From Monocercomonoides exilis PA203 (Eukaryota; Protista; Preaxostyla): DNA of 64,000 nucleotides. Each line of letters begins with the position of its first letter. Positions within the stretch are counted from its first letter, which is position 1. The translations under genes and the position numbers were made by a program. The DNA is taken from assembly GCA_001643675.2 (NCBI GenBank), contig LSRY02000021.1, forward strand, positions 992,001 to 1,056,000, written 5' to 3'. Below are positions 48,831-62,669 of this stretch, one piece after another. The notes beneath the pieces are model-generated. The model was not told the DNA's origin, searched no databases, and worked only from the letters and a program-made list of their open reading frames with translations.

Positions 48831-50889
48831 TATATATGATTCCTATGTGGGTAATTCTTTATGAAAAGTCGCAAATGTTAAAATATTCAGATGAATCAAA
48901 GTTTTCATATTTTGTAAAAATTTTTGTTAACGTACTCCAAACTTCACTAATATGGAATCTATTTCTCAATAATGCTATTTCACTCATTCCAAAAAAGATT
49001 AGTGAGAAGAAACAGAAATTTGAGAAAAACATTAAATTTTTGATTTATTTGATAATAAAACATTTGCGACTTTTCAAAAAGAATTACCCATGTCTTCATC
49101 AAATTCTTCTGTTCCGCTCTCTCCCGTTCTTTTTCTTGCTCCTTTCTCTTTTCCATTCAAAATCTCTAAATCTTCATTCTAGTGAATTGTGTCACTTCTT
49201 TGAATGGAAGAAATGTGAGATTGCATTAATCAAAATATCGAAGATTCTTGGTTAATGGATTCATAGGAATATGGAGTGCGAGAACTCCCAGTAGATGAAT
49301 CTTCTTAATTGGACCCAGCATACGATATGGAGTTGGAGCTTAACTGTGTCGAGGCTGGGGACTGTGCCTTAGCATACGATATTGAATTAATACATGAAGA
49401 GCATGTTTTTGGAGACTGGGACCTTTCTCATGATTGCGAACTTGAGCTTGAACGTGTTGATGCAAGTAAATGAAATGAATCGCAACCTATCTGTCAAGAA
49501 GATATTGAAGAATAATTTGGAATTAGGTTTATGCAGATTGGTGGAAAATTTGCATATTACGATGATAATGGTGTTAAAGCTGTGGACTGAAATGCAGTAT
49601 TCGATTGTGATTTTTTATTTGATGAGAATATTTGAGAATAAGTGACTGTGTGATTTATTAGTTGCACATTCGTTGTTAAAGGAGCTCGAGAACGTGTGGC
49701 TATTAAAGAAGGTGAATAACAGATTTGAGATGTCGAAATTGTAAAGTTTTGTATCATGTGTGTTGATATTTGTAAATCTCTCTGCTCAAGTGTTTAATAA
49801 CAATCTTTCCACATCAATATCAAATTCGGCCTCGATTTTGATATAAAAGGTTTTGATCGTATTTCAATTGGAGAAAATCACTCCAATTTTTGTAATCTTT
49901 TTGCGGTTTGTCCGGAAATAAACTTGATATGTCCGAAATAAAGTTAATCATTCTATGTTAACTGCTTATGAGAATTATGAAATTGGGCGAAATATTTTCT
50001 TCAGGCATTTTCATATAAAGATAATCAACTTTTCATGGACTTTTTAAGATCAAAAAACGCAATAAAAATGAGTCCATTTTTTGACATTTGTGAAATGTCG
50101 CAAAACTTAATGTCTCGATTTCAACGATGTCTGTTTATGGATATGAAAAGCAAATATATTTTGAAATTTGAGAAAGCGAAACAAAGTTATGAGTGAAGCA
50201 AATATTCATTGCATCGTGCAAAAATGCTTGAAAGTCAATATCTTCCCCCAAATAAACACTGCTTTTTTGGAATGTTATTGGAAAAATGGAACGTGAACAG
50301 ATTATTGAAACAAGAATGAAGGAGAAAAGAATTGAAGTTGAATAATCCACACGCAACCTTGAAGAGTATGAAGAAAAACCTATTTTTCTGCAAATAATTT
50401 TTCCAATTGAATATCAACTTCATCAATCAATTAATTAAAATGCGTATTTCTTGGAAAAAAAGATTAGTTGAGAAATGAGAAAATAAAGAAAGAAAATGAG
50501 AAGAAAAATCCAAATACCCCCATCTATATTTTCCATAACATTTAAATAATCGGAAAAATGCGGATACTTTGACCAGAAGAAAACCGAAAATTGTTTATGC
50601 AACTTAATATTCATTAAATACCATAACAACATCGTTTTATAATGTAAGGTTTCAAATTGGCATCGACCTTTTTTTTCCACTTGACAAAAAAGACAGGACA
50701 AAACAGGTCAACAATAAAACCAATCATATAAATAGTAAAGAAGGAAATTAAAACAAAAATAAATTCTTGTCAATTGGATAAATTTCCAAAGAATTATTAG
50801 TCACTCAGCTACAAAAAGGAAAAACATTCGCGAACTTATTACTATCTGAATCCAATTTCAATCAATTAGAATTTGATTTGTTTTTTATA

Positions 50890-51380
50890 GAAGAATAACA
50901 ATAACGCCTTCAGCATCCAATATTGATGAAAACAAACAATTACGAATCGATTTTGTGAATCAGTTATTTCTCTTTCAAAAGGATGGAGCTTATATATTTT
51001 TCATGGACGAAACATCTTGGAACATCGATTGCAGAAGAAGACATGGATGGGTCAAGAAGGGAGAAAAACAACTAGTACCACCTCCTCCAATCACTCAGTC
51101 GGTATATGCAATTACATCAATTTCACACAATGGAATGGGCTGTTAAAAGCTGAATAAATGGTTAGTCATGCATGTATTTTTTATATCCTTCATGAAAATG
51201 TTTCTCATGACCAAAAATTACAAAGACTCATCCGTCATTGTGATGATAAATACATAGATTTACCATTTTCACACAGAAGATATCATTCAAGAAGCTGGAC
51301 AGTTTGCTTTGCGCAATGCAGTATGTTCATCGGAATTAAATCTGATTGAAAATATCTTTGGTATTTGGAAGCAAAAAGGC
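50890..51380 (+). pseudogene. Tc1/IS630-type (DDE_3) transposase remnant
   Basis: YIFFMDETSWN...GW, followed by frameshifted SSELNLIENIFGIWK. Confidence 0.72.
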
Positions 51381-51949
51381 TGAAGAAAATTCTCTCAGAT
51401 TAGAAGTAAAAGATCATTTCATTACAGCATTTTTGAAGACTTTAAAAGAAATATCACATTGTGTTGTTTGAAGATTATTTTTTATTACGCTTTGAAAACG
51501 AAGTCTAATCTCGAGTTCTCGAAAAAAGAGATTTATGAACAGTCAAAACAATCTATATTTTATTTTGAATTGATTTTTTTAATTTTTCTTTTTCACAATT
51601 GATGAGCGAAAAGCATAGAAGAGGATATTAATCAACTTGGTTTAATTTTTTGGTAAAAATAACAACTGAAATTGCGAAATCTTAAATGAAAAAATTTGCA
51701 CTGTGATAAAATTTCACACTAAAATGGTGGCTGTTGTTTTTCTTATTAATATTTCTACACAAATGTTATTCCAAAAAAAAACTTTTTCGTCATTTTTCAT
51801 TGTTCACAATCAGGAGTGAATTAGACTTTGCGAAGTTTTAACTTTCTTATTTGCATTATGAAGTCTACAAAACATAGTAGAAAATTTTGACACTTCTTTA
51901 TTAATTTTGAATACATATTTTTTAACAGTAAACTATATATAAATTAAAT

Positions 51950-52198
51950 AATTGTCTTAATTTTTTTGAAAAGTTCCTTTTGTTCAATTTTCAAATGAAA
52001 TAAAAATTGTATATTTCGATCAAATTTCTGTTCTCTCTCATGAAACTTCACAAAAATAAAAATATTACCAATTTCAAGATTTTATTTTCATAACAGCAAA
52101 ATTTGGTGAGTGGGAACAGAAATTTGATCGAAATTTGAAATTTTTTCTTTATTTGAAAATTAAACATAAGGAACTTTTCAAAAAAAATAAAGACAATT
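51950..52198. mobile_element. Diverged ~245-bp hairpin MITE of the 4168 family
   Basis: Runs aattgtcttaatttttttgaaaagttcc ... ggaacttttcaaaaaaaataaagacaatt; colinear with 4168-4407. Confidence 0.75.
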
Positions 52199-53459
52199 AA
52201 TTGTTTGAACATATATTTTTAGCAGGAACATTAATAAACAAAAACAATAACAAACAAACCCAGCTCTCAGGATTAATTAACTTCTCCAATAGCTTAATTT
52301 ATTGACGATTCATCAGTACACATAATTGAATCATACTTTAAAAAAAAATCGTTTTCCAATGAAGAATCCAAATTAAATTAAACTTTTGCACACTTTAACA
52401 CGGTCAATTGCATTATTAAAAGCGAAAAATGCTGAAATACAAGTTTTTTCTTTTTTTTCATTCCATTTTTCAAAATTTTTTTTAAAAGTGACATCATATC
52501 AAAAATTTGTCCCATGGATGTTTATTATTTTTCATTCCGTTTCCATAATTCTAATTAAAAAAACTAACTTTCACAACAATGTTTGTTGGTTTATTGCAAA
52601 CTTCAAATTGGGAAAAAATATTTTGAATCAAAAAATAATATATTCTGTTTTGTGATCAAAATTCAAATAGCTGATAAACAATGAATATGCTTCATCTTTT
52701 CTTCGTTCATGTTGGAATTAATGAGATCAAAAATGCTCAAGGTATGTAACAATTCTATTTTTATAGAAATTTAATTATTCTGTTAATGATTCTTTTATAT
52801 ATTTGAACTGAAATTTGCAATGCCCAGAACGAATTATAATATTTCATTCTCCAATTATTGCTTACGCATGTTAAAGAAAGCAATGAATATATAAAGTTGA
52901 ATGGTTTGCTGTTTTATTTAGAGTTGTGTTATTTATTCTTTATTTTTCAATTTTAACTTTCTGTATGGATGCATAATTTGCAAAAGAGCACCATTTCAGA
53001 GATGCAAAATGATAAAAGATTATGGAGATATGAATTCGAATCCATTTGAAGGATGAGTGAGCAGTTTTAGAGAACGGAGAATAATCAATTGACGATAAAT
53101 GGGAATAAGGATTCTCACCAAATACTGGCGATTCAACATCTCACTCAACTTCAGGATCAAGCAATCATATTGGTTCTTCATTTAAACCTGCAACTTCATC
53201 GATTATTCCATTCACGAACATTGTGAAATCCAATGAATCAACGAAACACTTTTTTGAAGAATTTCATCTTTAGAAAAACGTTCCATGCAAGAAAAAGAAA
53301 CGAAAAGAAAAGAAAAAGAATGGAATAAAATCTTCAGTCAAAAAAAGCTTGATTATGTAAGAGAGGTTCTTCAGAATGTCCAATGATGAAAAAAACCGCA
53401 CTCACTTCAAAAAGAATTTAGCAGAAAACTAAAAGAACAGCTTCACAATGAAAAAGGGA

Positions 53460-55200
53460 TCAAAAATTACAAACATCGGAGAGTCTGGCAATGGAGACAC
53501 GGATGAAGAAGAAGAAAAACAAATGGAATTGTGAAGGCGAATTGGATAGCAAACGATGAAAGTGCATTTTTGAAAGCATGTGCACCCTCCAAGTTCAGTC
53601 TGGCAACGTCGCGCGAATCAAAGCAATGAATTGTGTGGTTGCTAAACCCAGCAAACCAGTAAGAGGCATCAACGTTGACAGATCTTTCACGCGCGTATTG
53701 CAATTCAATCAGCAGTAGGATAACATCTATCATGGAAACCTTGAGTAGGATATCCCCTTCTGCCTCTGATACGTTGCTGAGTCAGATTATGAATGCCCTC
53801 CGGCAGAAGTGGATCTCACGCTTCATCTTCGCGCTGACTGTGCTGAAGAATGCACAACTGCAGACTCTTCTCACTTTGTTGTAGATGAGCACCTTTTGAA
53901 AATTTCAGCAAAATTTTTCGTTGCAGTGGAAATGAATGTTACTGGAAGAGTTGTACAATTGCTACAAGCCATCCCGTGGAGAGGGCAGAGAAATTATTTT
54001 ATTGAAGCAGTCAAACTGCAAAAGAAAGTGCACCAAAAGCTAACCAGACGACATTCTGGTACCGAGTGAACCAGAAGACACTATCCCACAGCTGTTTAAC
54101 ACAATCCACTAGCTTTTCGCTCCGCTTCTGTCTCTTCTGACAGGCGCTGTCTGCTCAGAGTCAGACGAACTCCTATTCGCTGAAAGAGCACCAAATGCAC
54201 CTGTCTGTCGTGTTTCTTCGTTCATTCCTTTCTCGCCAATAATGTGTCTGCTTGTTCCACTTTTCAACATCTCTTCGATGCACACTCTTTCTGATCCATA
54301 TCCAGGTGGATACTACTCAGAAATGAATGTTGGGATGTACCCGGTTCGAAAGCGCTATCTTCTTTCGCATTTGTCAGATCTACTTCTTCGGGCATCTCAG
54401 GAGAAACAGGAAATATTGAAGATATTTGCATTGAGTTGCGCAACGAAACAGGAGCTTAAGAGCGAAGAAGCGATTTCTGTTTCAGCAGCTGTGGTGCAAT
54501 TTCTGGTGACGACTGAGCATCTGATTGAGAAGGAGGTAATTGGCAGCCAAATGAAGAAGCTGAAGAGATCAATCGCTGCGCTGTTTGTCGCAATCGGAGA
54601 GTCGAAAAGTCTTTCTGTGAAGAAAGACAACATGTGCGGTTATCACATTGAAGTGAAACTAATTCCCCAGCCTGGGAACCTGCTATGGATTGAACCTCTT
54701 CTCCACTTTTGAGACTGGGATCAGTTTACAAGACCAGAAAAACGGAGAGATCAGAAGATCCATCAGGTTTCTCTGTGTATTTTCCAGCAACTGCTTCAGC
54801 AAATCAGCAGAAGCATCCGAGAGCAGAAGAGAGGAAGAGGCCAAAGATTACCTTGGTAGTGAAACACCTGAGCATTGATCGCCGAGAGTGTAAAGCATCC
54901 AGACACTGCTTGTATCATGGAATAATGTATAAAAGACTGCAATGGAGCGCATGAAAAGATATGCAGCGTAGTGGGAAAAAGGCTTCGCGGAAATCGTTTT
55001 ACTTTGCCTTTGAACATGAATGAAGAAAATATGCAGGGCGAATGGATGCACAGGCACAACAGACTGCGGAGATGCTGGAAAAATGAGCACACTTGCGAGA
55101 GGATAGCAGTGACGGACTTTGCAGTTGTGACTGACGCGATAGAAGAGCTGTCTTGAAGCAATATCGGAACAGGCGTGAACGCGAGGGAAGTTCGTTCATT
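53460..55200 (+). pseudogene. Degenerate coding-like block of unknown family
   Basis: Higher GC with a chain of short + strand ORFs (largest 54242-54712); no recognisable motif. Confidence 0.3.
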
Positions 55201-55564
55201 TTACTTCGTTCTCTTCATTCCTTTCAATGAACTTCTTCGGTTTCGCCTGTTTTCATAATTATCATCTTCATTTTTTATCATTCTTCTTATTCTAAATCAA
55301 ACAAATTATGTTATCTACATAATTCATCCATTGTTTTGTCTTGCTCCTCATTCATTGAAAGGACAATCATCAAGCTTTTCAGCAGCTGCACAACTCTCTT
55401 CAAATCTATCTCAATTTTCCGGGAAGCAATCCTCAAGCACATATAGGCTTCTACTGCAAGACTTTCATTAATGCCGTGAATACCAATAAGATATTTCGTG
55501 AATGTGAAGTAATGGAAGAATATAACTTCTGTAGCTGGCGCACTTCGAGAGAATCATCGTCTCT

Positions 55565-56350
55565 GGCTAAGCCATTGCTTCTTCAAGCTTCCTCTGTTTC
55601 TCTGTGATTATTTTCACAAACCATCTGCATTTTGTCGGATAGCCTCCATTTGTCTTATTCCCATCACCCACCTTTTTTCCTCTCCTTTCTCCTTCCTCTG
55701 CCTCTTCGCGCTCCTCCAGCACAGCCAGTGCAATCGCTGCAGGCGATAAAACCACATCCTACATCTTCATCCCCGCAGCATCCAACCCTTTCTCCACAAT
55801 CTCCCCCACTTCACACACTGCAATCCCTCGCCCCATCACTTCATCACTTCCTCGTCCAGCTTCACCACCACACTCACGACTGTTGCGATCGCCATATTTG
55901 CATCGGCTCGTCAAACAGGTTGTGGATCGAAGGGAACGCATTCACATCTACGGCTGCAATGATCCGCTTGCTCCCCAACTTCGTGCCAACTAACACTGCA
56001 AGCGACGGAAGCGGTGCCACCAGCGGAACCGTAAGCATCGCCGAAAGCTCCACATCATCTGCACACACAACACCCCCACACAGCACCCCCCGCCCCGTCA
56101 CAACACATCCCCGCAGCAGCTGAAGCACTCGCAGCGACAGCTGCATGTGCTGCGCATACACATCAGTCACCTCAGGCACCACAATCCACAGCCACCTCTC
56201 GATGTCATCCATCGCTCCTGCCGAAGTGTATGACACAGCCACTACCTAGGCATCCGAATGGTCAATCGCATGCACTGAAGATGGCTGATCATCTTCTGTC
56301 GCCTTCTACTCTTCGCTTCTCTGGATCTTGTATTGCGAAAAAGATAAGCA
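55565..56350 (-). pseudogene. IQCH-like gene fragment, copy 2
   Basis: TKLGSKRIIAAVDVNAFPSIHNLFD; homologous to 30740-31580. Confidence 0.6.
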
Positions 56351-57239
56351 TGCTGTTGTAGATGAAAGGTCAGAGCGAAAAGACGTCTTATTCACTTCAT
56401 CGAGAGCACATACAAAACATCTTCGTATGAACAGAAATATTTTTCTGTTTAGAAAACCATCTTTTTTCAATCAATTTTGAAGAGATGAAACAGGAAATCT
56501 ATCAAAAATGCATGAAGTGAAATGAAAAAAGAAGAAAAACACACATGATGAAATGAAATCAATTTGAATTCAACAAACTGTTTTATTCTCAATATGTTAT
56601 TAGATTTTTTTTTTTTTTTTTTTTTTTGAGTAATTTATAAATGGATATTTCTTTTGGAATTTTTCATCGTGCTATTGTTTTTTTATAGCATTAATAACTG
56701 CTCTTTGAAAACATTTTTTTTTCTGAATATCTATAAAATTATAACAAGCACAGTTTCGATGAAATTTCCCTGTTTGATAATTATTATTAAAAAATACTCC
56801 AAAACAAGCAACTCAATTTTATTTGTCTGGAAACATCAGAAAATTAAAAAAACTTAGTTATCATCCATAATATAATAATGAAAATTCGAGCAGATGAAAT
56901 GAAAATGAAGAAATAAAATCATAAAATTCATTTGATTCAAACAACCGGAAAGCATTCATTCAAATATGTGTATTACAAAATTTAATGAACAATTCATATA
57001 AAATCATCAAATATGCATTTTATTTATATTATTATAAGCTGAAAAAAAAATAAATAAATAATTTTTAACAATATATTATGGGATTGGAATGATCAAAATA
57101 TTATGATCATTATTGATCTTTTGTGGGACAAGATTAAAGTGATGGAACTTTTCAAAAAAATTTAGACATTTATATAAAAGATATTTGTTGAACATTGAAA
57201 TATGGTTGTATCTTTCATCTCATTTCATGGTTTGATTAA

Positions 57240-57800
57240 CTCTTTTCCGGATATTCTGTAGTTATCCACGGCAGCCCATCATTAACCAACTTTTTTTAAT
57301 TTGAAAATCAACAAAGTTAAACATCTAGTTTGTATAACTCTTTTTCAGATAGAGTTCGCATCTGAACATCCGTTCTTTGAATAATTCAACATAAAACTTG
57401 CAAATATCATTATCCTCTGATATCAACAAGGCTTTGTGTGGAAGTCAAGCTCTCAATGTAACTTCGAATTTTTAACCATAGATATAATGATACCCATCGT
57501 ATAGGGCTTTTTGTTCACTGAATAAAATTGGGGGAGGCGCAGTTTTGACAGTGGTTGCATCAACGAGGAGAGCAACGTTGGAAAAGGGACCGGGAGATGG
57601 AATTGGGGGCCGTGGAGGAATTTGAAACATATCATCCAGAACATTGAGTATAAGTGATCAAATTTCTTCAATTGCTTTGCTCATCATTGGCTCTTTAATT
57701 TTTAAAAAATGATGAAATTCTAGTAATTGTGGAACTTGAGGAAAGCCGTTCCAAGTTTATTAAAAGAAAATCGAGTCCAAAAAGAAGTTCTTGTGTTCAT
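57240..57800 (-). pseudogene. ISL2EU/PIF-Harbinger transposase remnant (N-terminal part of the DDE domain)
   Basis: Manual translation gives FSNVALLVDATTVKTAPPPILFSEQKALYDGYHYIYG*KFEVTLRA*LPHKALLIS. This frame is not in the ORF track. Confidence 0.68.
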
Positions 57801-59459
57801 CTTTTATTGATTTAATCTTTTTATGATTGTGTCAAATTTCACAATTACCCATAAACATTCAAAAGTTATTTCTTGTGCTCATCGCTTTCATCTTCAAGAA
57901 AAGAATCAAAAATAATTCCATATTCTTCTTTTTCTTCTTTTTTTGTTTTTTCTGTTTTTTCTGTTTTTTCATAATCGTGTCACATTTCTGTTGATTAAAT
58001 TTTTGTAATAATATTTTCTTTTAGTTTTTCCAATTGAAAATATGAATAAGCCAATTGTTTTTGAAGAAATATTTCTTTCACTTCATTTTGTTCAGTTTGA
58101 CATATAATGTGTTATAGTTTTTGTCATGCCTTTCGTTTTCATAAAAAAACGATATTTGAGTTTGATAATTTATCTATTTCTTGAATATCATTTTCTTCCT
58201 AAAACAGATATGTTGATGACTGTGCATCTTTATTCTAAAATTTAAAATGAAAAAGTAAGTCTTTGAAAAAATTAGAAATATTCAATCCTCAACTTCATTT
58301 ATCACCTGAAAGAGATTTTTTTCAAAAAGACAAAGAACAAAAATATAAACAACACACAGTGAATTGTTATGATTACAAAAATAATCACCCATACAAACAA
58401 ATACATAATCCAACCTATACGACTCAAAATTCTTCCTTTAACTATCTCAATGATTATTTTCTAAACTTCATTTTTTTATAATAAGTTCAGAATAAAAAAC
58501 AATTATGCCATATTTTTATCCAGAAAAAATTTGTTGTAAAAAACATAACATATTCGAAAGCATATAAAATAAAAAAACAATTTTTTAATTCTCGATAATA
58601 TTTCATTTTCTAAAAATGAAAAAAATAACATTTTAATATTATTCTTCAGTTAAATTTAAAAACTTACATATACACATTTAATATTGAATTATGAAAAGAG
58701 AAAAACAAAATAATCATTCTTTAAAATATCCATAACCTAAAAAAATATAAAAAATAAATTATTTTTGGTTAATTTAAATCAACTTTCGTTTCTCATTTTC
58801 CAATAAATACTTTTAATCGAATTTATCTAATTTACCAAAATATATCACTAAATTTTTTGAAAAAACAATTATCAACAATCAAAGGTCATTGCAAAAAAAT
58901 GATATATACCTTATAAATATATAATTATATTCCAATATCAAGTAACAAATATTATATATGTCTAGATTTTATTTATTTCAATAAATAAAATTTTCAAAAA
59001 AATGTTTATCAAAAACTTTTTTAATTTGATTTGTAATAAATTAAATTTGTGTTTTTGATGTTTTGATAAAGTGTTATTTTATTGTGATTATTTTTTTAAT
59101 TGAAAAAAGAAAAATTTTTGGAATAGAAAGATATATTTATTGTTTTTCAAAGATCAGAAATGATAATTCTCTTATAAATGTGTTTTTTGATTTTGTAATT
59201 TTTTTAGAATTAAAGATTTTCATTATGGTATTGAATGTTAACCTCATTATAGTAACAAGTTGTGGAAACATTTGTGTGAAAAATTAATACTAATTTATAG
59301 ATATATATATATATAAATAAATGTATTAATATTCCAATTTATTAATTATATTTAGTTTTTTTTAAAATAATACGAATGATAGTGAAAACATTAAAAAACT
59401 TTTATTTTTTTAGGATAAAATTTGTTGGTGGAATGTGAAATATCTATCTTTTTCTTTTT

Positions 59460-59736
59460 TGTTAGTGACGGTCGTTGAAGGTCAATGACAAATTGTAACA
59501 AAATAATTCTTCAACTGACATTTTTTGTCAAAAAAATACATGTTGAGAATATGATCATCTTTATTAAAATTTTGATTTTTTCCAAATAAAAAGAATTTTT
59601 ATTAGTGTTTTTTTTAATTATTCATTTTTGTGATTGATAATTGTGAAATCGTTACAAATAACCATTTTCGATAAATCGTAAATGTCTTGTCAGTCATTTT
59701 GTCATTGTTTAAATTTTCTTTTGTCACGTCACAAAG
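59460..59736 (+). repeat. Partial diverged copy of the 48201 MITE (right end)
   Basis: gtcaatgacaaattgtaacaaaa...ttgtcagtcattttgtcatt...gtcacgtcacaaagg matches 48370-48635. Confidence 0.75.
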
Positions 59737-60089
59737 GTCTATGAAAAAATCGTTCAGAAAGAATTGATGCTATCATTGTTGATGGAAAATGCTGTGTGAC
59801 AAACGCTGTTTATGAAAATGAATTCTCTCTTTCATTCATTAATCGATATGTTTCTGCTGTTGAAAAGTGAAGAATCGTGGGATAAATTAGTAGTACAGAA
59901 CTTTTTTCAGAAATTGAAAAAGAAACAATAACTGGAGTCATCAGAATAGAAAGAATGACAGGAGTGAGTATATTCTGTTACTCAAACGAATAAACTGGTT
60001 TGTAATTAATTTTATTCAATTTGAAACTTATTTTTTAAAACAATTAAGGATGGAGTCATTTCCGTCTAACAGAAAAATTCGAAGTGGAG

Positions 60090-60460
60090 AAGAAGAACCG
60101 GAAGTCAAAATTACAATATCAACTTCGTATTCCTTTGTCAAACGCAATCCAGATCTCAAAACATCCATTCTTCATAACGTTGACATTGAACGTTTTTCTG
60201 TATCAAACAAACAATCGCTTCATATTTTCATCTTTCTTCTTCAATCACTTCATGACTCTCACTAATACTCTCCTTCACTCATCTTCAATACCTACGAATC
60301 CTCTTCTCGTCTCTCCAACTCCACAAAACAACTAGCCGTTCATCCTTCAGACGTTCCAGTTAATTTTTTTCAAAAGCTCCAATCAACATGCCAAATTCCA
60401 GGGTTGTGGTTGGAGTTGGGTTTATTGGTTATTCTTTGTTAAGTCTTATTCTTTGACCGT
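60090..60460 (+). pseudogene. Degenerate pogo-like transposase fragment related to 45427-46668
   Basis: SFVKRNPDLKTS..NVDIER compares with AFIKRHPELKSS..QVDINR; LIFN, VHP and MPN..VVG are recognisable across frameshifts. Confidence 0.65.
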
Positions 60461-60976
60461 CAAAAAAATAGCCACCATAAAAGAAATTCTTGTTTAGAAA
60501 ACTGCATCATGTTTGGAAAGATAATGATTGATGGAAGATTGTCGCATTGTTTGCTCCTCATGTCGAAAAAAATTCTCTTCAAAGAATTGCGAAAAAAAGA
60601 TAATATCTTTTTCAAAACGAAGATAAATATTTCCTTCTTTTGGATTCACATCCTTCTTAAACACACATGATTTTCGGCATCAAATTTTTGTCGTGTTGAT
60701 TTATGTGTTCATTCTTTTTTTTCAAAACTCATCTCACGAAGTCATAAGACTAAATGTTTTTTTTGCTGTTTATTAATAATGTGTTTTATGATCAATAATG
60801 ATGTTCAACTTTCTTCTTTTATATAACATCCACGAAAAACAGTCGTAAATATTCAACCACAAGCTTGGCAGACTGCATTGTTTTATTAACACATCATTCC
60901 ACTTTAGAAAATTGAAGAATGTTCGCTTGATGGTCGAATTCTGTTTAACAAATGATATCTTGTGCTGTTTCAGTAA

Positions 60977-60979
<3 letters not shown>

Positions 60980-61020
<41 letters not shown>
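60980..61020. repeat. poly(A) tract, about 41 nt
   Basis: Read directly. Confidence 0.95.
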
Positions 61021-61021
<1 letters not shown>

Positions 61022-62669
61022 GATATGTCGTTCGGTATATAATTGACATGAGAGAATTATAATCAATGTATTTGAATTAAAATACTTTATTATGAATGTG
61101 TTTTCAAAAAAAATCACCACCACAGCATATTTCTCCACAGCCCTCACTCTACTTCTTCCTCTCCTTCCTCTTCATCTTCATCTTCCATTTCCACTTCCTC
61201 CGCTTTATCTTCCGCTTTTTCTTTCACTTCTCCTCTCCTCCCCCCTCCATCTCTTTCTCCTCTCTCTTCTAACCTTTTATCCTCTCCCTCTTTATTTCCT
61301 CCTATACTTCCTTCTTTCTCAGTGCTTTGATTAATTTCCTTTCCTTTTCTTCCTCCTTCCTTTTTTCTTTCATTGCCAAAGTGAATATCCTTTGCTCTTT
61401 CACAACTTTCTTCTCCATCTATGCCTTCAACACCTTCACTCTCAGCTTTGCTCTTCCTCTCTGTAAATACTACTTCCTTGTCCTGTACAAGCCCACTTAG
61501 CAGCCCACCCACCTTGGACCCCTCTGTCACGAACCTCCTCACCAGCTCAAACACCTCTTCATGCTTCTCTCGGTTCTACCCCGGAATATTTTCCCCAGAC
61601 TCCTCCAGCCGCAATAGCCGCACACAGCACCGCACAACGCACATTCCCGCACATGCGATCCATCTCTCCCATCCATTCGCATGTTTCCATCAACCTCTAA
61701 ACTTAAACCATTGTTTGAATTAATATATGTGTATTGTTAGTATACTCCACATCTATATGAAGAACATGCTTTAATGATACAAATGAGAAAGAAAAAATAT
61801 CAGTAAATTTGAAAAAAAATTATACACAAACAATAAATACAAAAATTGATACAAGATGTCTAAATTTTTTTGAAAAGTTCCATGACTTTAATTCTGTCCT
61901 ACAAAAGAACAAAAATGATCAAAATATTTTGATCATTCCAATCCCATCATATATTGTTCATTATTTATTATTGGAATTTTTTGAACTAATCATTAAATAT
62001 GAAGCTTCAATTTTTTTCATTTCAAATAAATATTTATCTCCATTTTCATATTTGAGATAAAAAATTATCTTTTTGTTGAAATTTGAGACAAACAAATAAT
62101 AAGTTTTTATTTTTTCATTTTCATGTCATCAGTTTGAAAATTCATTTTTATTTCTGGAATGTTTACAAAGTTATTGACATTTTTCCTTGTTGCAGGATAA
62201 ATAAAATTTTATTTGCTTGTATTGTATTATTTTTTATTAGATATTATCAAACAGGGAAATTTCATCGAAACTGTGCTTGTAATAATTTTATAGATATTCA
62301 GAAAAAAAAATGTTTTCAAAGAGCAGTTATTAATGCTATAAAAAAACAATAGCACGATGAAAAATTCCAAAAGAAATATCCATTTATAAATTACTCAAAA
62401 AAAAAAAAAAAAAAAAATCTAATAACATATTGAGAATAAAACAATTTGTCGTATTCAAGGTTATTTTATTTCAACATGAATATTTTTCTATATTTTTCAT
62501 TTCATTTCATGCATTTTCAACAGATATCCTGTTTCATCTTTTCAAAATTGATTGAAAAAAGATGGTTTTCTAAACAGAAAAATATTTCTGTTCATACGAA
62601 GATGTTTTGTATGTGCTCTCGATGAAGTGAATAAGACGTCTTTTCGCTCTGACCTTTCATCTACAACAG

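Larger units (their letters stand above)
44782..50249. repeat. Pair of diverged ~270-bp inverted repeats (about 44782-45056 and 49978-50249) bracketing ~5.5 kb
   Basis: atcgttgaaatcaaaacattaagttttccaacatttcacgaatgtcaa matches the reverse complement of ttgacatttgtgaaatgtcgcaaaacttaatgtctcgatttcaacgat. Confidence 0.8.

Noticed and set aside
55874-56242. VDVNAFP as an inositol-tetrakisphosphate kinase motif
   Set aside because: The surrounding motifs (TKxGSKRI, KLDEExxGRG) fit IQCH better.
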